DNA of 64,000 bases from Octopus sinensis (lineage: Eukaryota). The stretch is taken from positions 68,076,001-68,140,000 of the forward strand of contig NC_043005.1 in the NCBI RefSeq assembly GCF_006345805.1, in the 5' to 3' direction. Positions 62,491 to 64,000 of the stretch are shown in pieces. The notes beneath the pieces are model-generated. The model did not search any database and was not told the DNA's origin. It worked only from the letters and a program-made list of their open reading frames with translations. The stretch's first letter is position 1. Each line of letters opens with the position of its first letter. A program made the position numbers and the translations under genes.

Positions 62491-63258
62491 GACAAAAACC
62501 TATGTATTGCCACACATCTTGTGTTGTGTTGTGAGGTACATTGGAGAATAACCCTGTCTCCCACTCTCCTCCTTGTTGTTTAATCCCAATTCAATTCTAG
62601 CTGAATAAACCTTTGGTCAAAAGCATACTATTTGTGCATCATGGAGTTTGCTTTTGCTCAGGGAGAGAAATAGTTTGTACCCACTGAGATATTAATATCT
62701 ATCCTTTCCTTATACTTTTTACTGTGCTTATATTAAAATCCAGAATCCAAGGAAATAAAGCATGGTCTGTGATGGCAAAAGTTAGTCCATAGGAAAGTGC
62801 AGTATGTTCAGTTGTCTTGAGAAGATGAAGAATCTAATATTTTGAGCTGTTGCTCTTTGTCCAGCATTAATTTGACACCTTATATAACATGAACTATCAA
62901 GATATATCTAGTGAACCATCTATGCAGTTTCTTAGCATTCAGAAGTGTTGTAGGATTTCAAGTTTCTGTCTCTCAATGTGATATCCTATTTCTATTTCTT
63001 ATCTATTGTATATCCAGTTCTTTGTACTGAATATACAGTGTCCTTTTGCTTCCTACTCTATTCCTACATATTGAAGAAGGCTACTTTGCAGTGGAATTAG
63101 GATTTTATGCTCTGAGTTACTACCTCAGTCAACCTTTTGCCATATTAGTCTTTTGGGCTCTTAACCATTCTTTGAAGCATTTTCTGCATCCCTTTGATTG
63201 ATTTTGCTGAGATTCAAGTCAACAACATATATATATATATATATTTAGTTAAGCTTTA

Positions 63259-63482
63259 CGAGGGGCAGGTGTGGTGAAATGTTTCTGGGTTTGGGTAAAA
63301 GAAAATACAGGAGGATCAATTAATTATGATTTTTACCCAACATATTTCCCTCTCAGATTCACACACTTATTGCAGTGGTCCTTCAGTTTTTCTTAGCCTT
63401 TGTAAAAGAACTCAGAAAGTTAAGCCTCTAACCAGGTCTTTCATGATACCCTTAAAGCCAGGAACTTTTCAGCCCTCCCTTG
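63259..63482 (-). mobile_element. mariner-derived MITE
   Basis: TA-CGAGGGG...AAAGCCAGGAACTTTTCAGCCCTCCCTTG-TA, an inverted sister of 50976. Confidence 0.75.
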
Positions 63483-63531
63483 TAATACATAAACAGTTAT
63501 TCTGTGCAAATATTTCTGTCTTTCATATATA

Positions 63532-63935
63532 CTCTTTTACTTGTTCCAGTCATTTGACAGTCTTCATGCTGGAGCATCGCCTTTAGTTGAGCAAATTGAC
63601 CCAAGGACTTATTCTTTGTAAGCCTAGTACTTAGTCTATTGGTCTCTTTTTGCCGAATCGCTAAGTTACGGGGCCGTAAACACACCAGCATTGGTTATCA
63701 AGCGATGTTGGTGGAGACAAACACAGACACACAAACATATACACACACATACACATATATGTATATACATATATATACGACGGGCTTCTTTCAGTTTCCA
63801 TCTACCAAATCCACTCACAAGGCTTTGGTTGGCCTGAGGCTATAGTAGAAAGCACTTGCCCAAGGTGCCACGCAGTGGGACTGAACCCGGTACAATGCGG
63901 TTCGTAAGCAAGCTACTTACCACACAGCCACTCCT
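63532..63935 (-). mobile_element. SINE family A, full length
   Basis: Complete tail, body and head in reverse orientation. Confidence 0.9.
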
Positions 63936-64000
63936 ATGCCTATGTAAATAAATATTTGATGCATTTTCAAATTTTTCTCAGTATTTTCCCTACACATATA

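Noticed and set aside
58484-64000. Final SF3A3 exon (EEYEDSSGNVVNKKTYEDLKRQGLL-like)
   Set aside because: Not found; it presumably lies beyond the window end.

Overview
AT-rich, microsatellite-dense animal genomic DNA. The repeat families suggest an octopus or other coleoid cephalopod (inference). The window lies inside a + strand SF3A3 gene (splicing factor 3A subunit 3, SAP61/Prp9). Two exons are clear: 41930-42020 ([30 protein letters not shown]) and 58428-58483 (LWQKLKLNKETERWKPDTE). They have canonical splice sites and matching phase. No upstream exon and no final exon were found, so the rest appears to be intron. The intron holds a near-complete CR1-group LINE (34139-37364, -), many RTE LINE fragments and 3' ends, at least four tRNA-headed SINE families, piggyBac-, pogo-, mariner-, hAT- and Merlin/MULE-like MITEs, Helentron-like elements, a Chapaev3-like remnant, fold-back elements and local duplications. 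Highlights: (1) several minimal hammerhead-like motifs in Penelope-type repeats whose core 3-8 pair appears as C-G, G-C and U-A; (2) a TSD-bounded element joining a tRNA-like head to a hammerhead-bearing tail; (3) the CR1 LINE shares its 3' stem-loop tail, with a compensatory change, with the commonest SINE; (4) a 1.6-kb 26/52/158-bp hierarchical array grown inside an RTE 3'UTR; (5) a candidate poison exon in SF3A3. All family assignments were made by eye, with no database searches.
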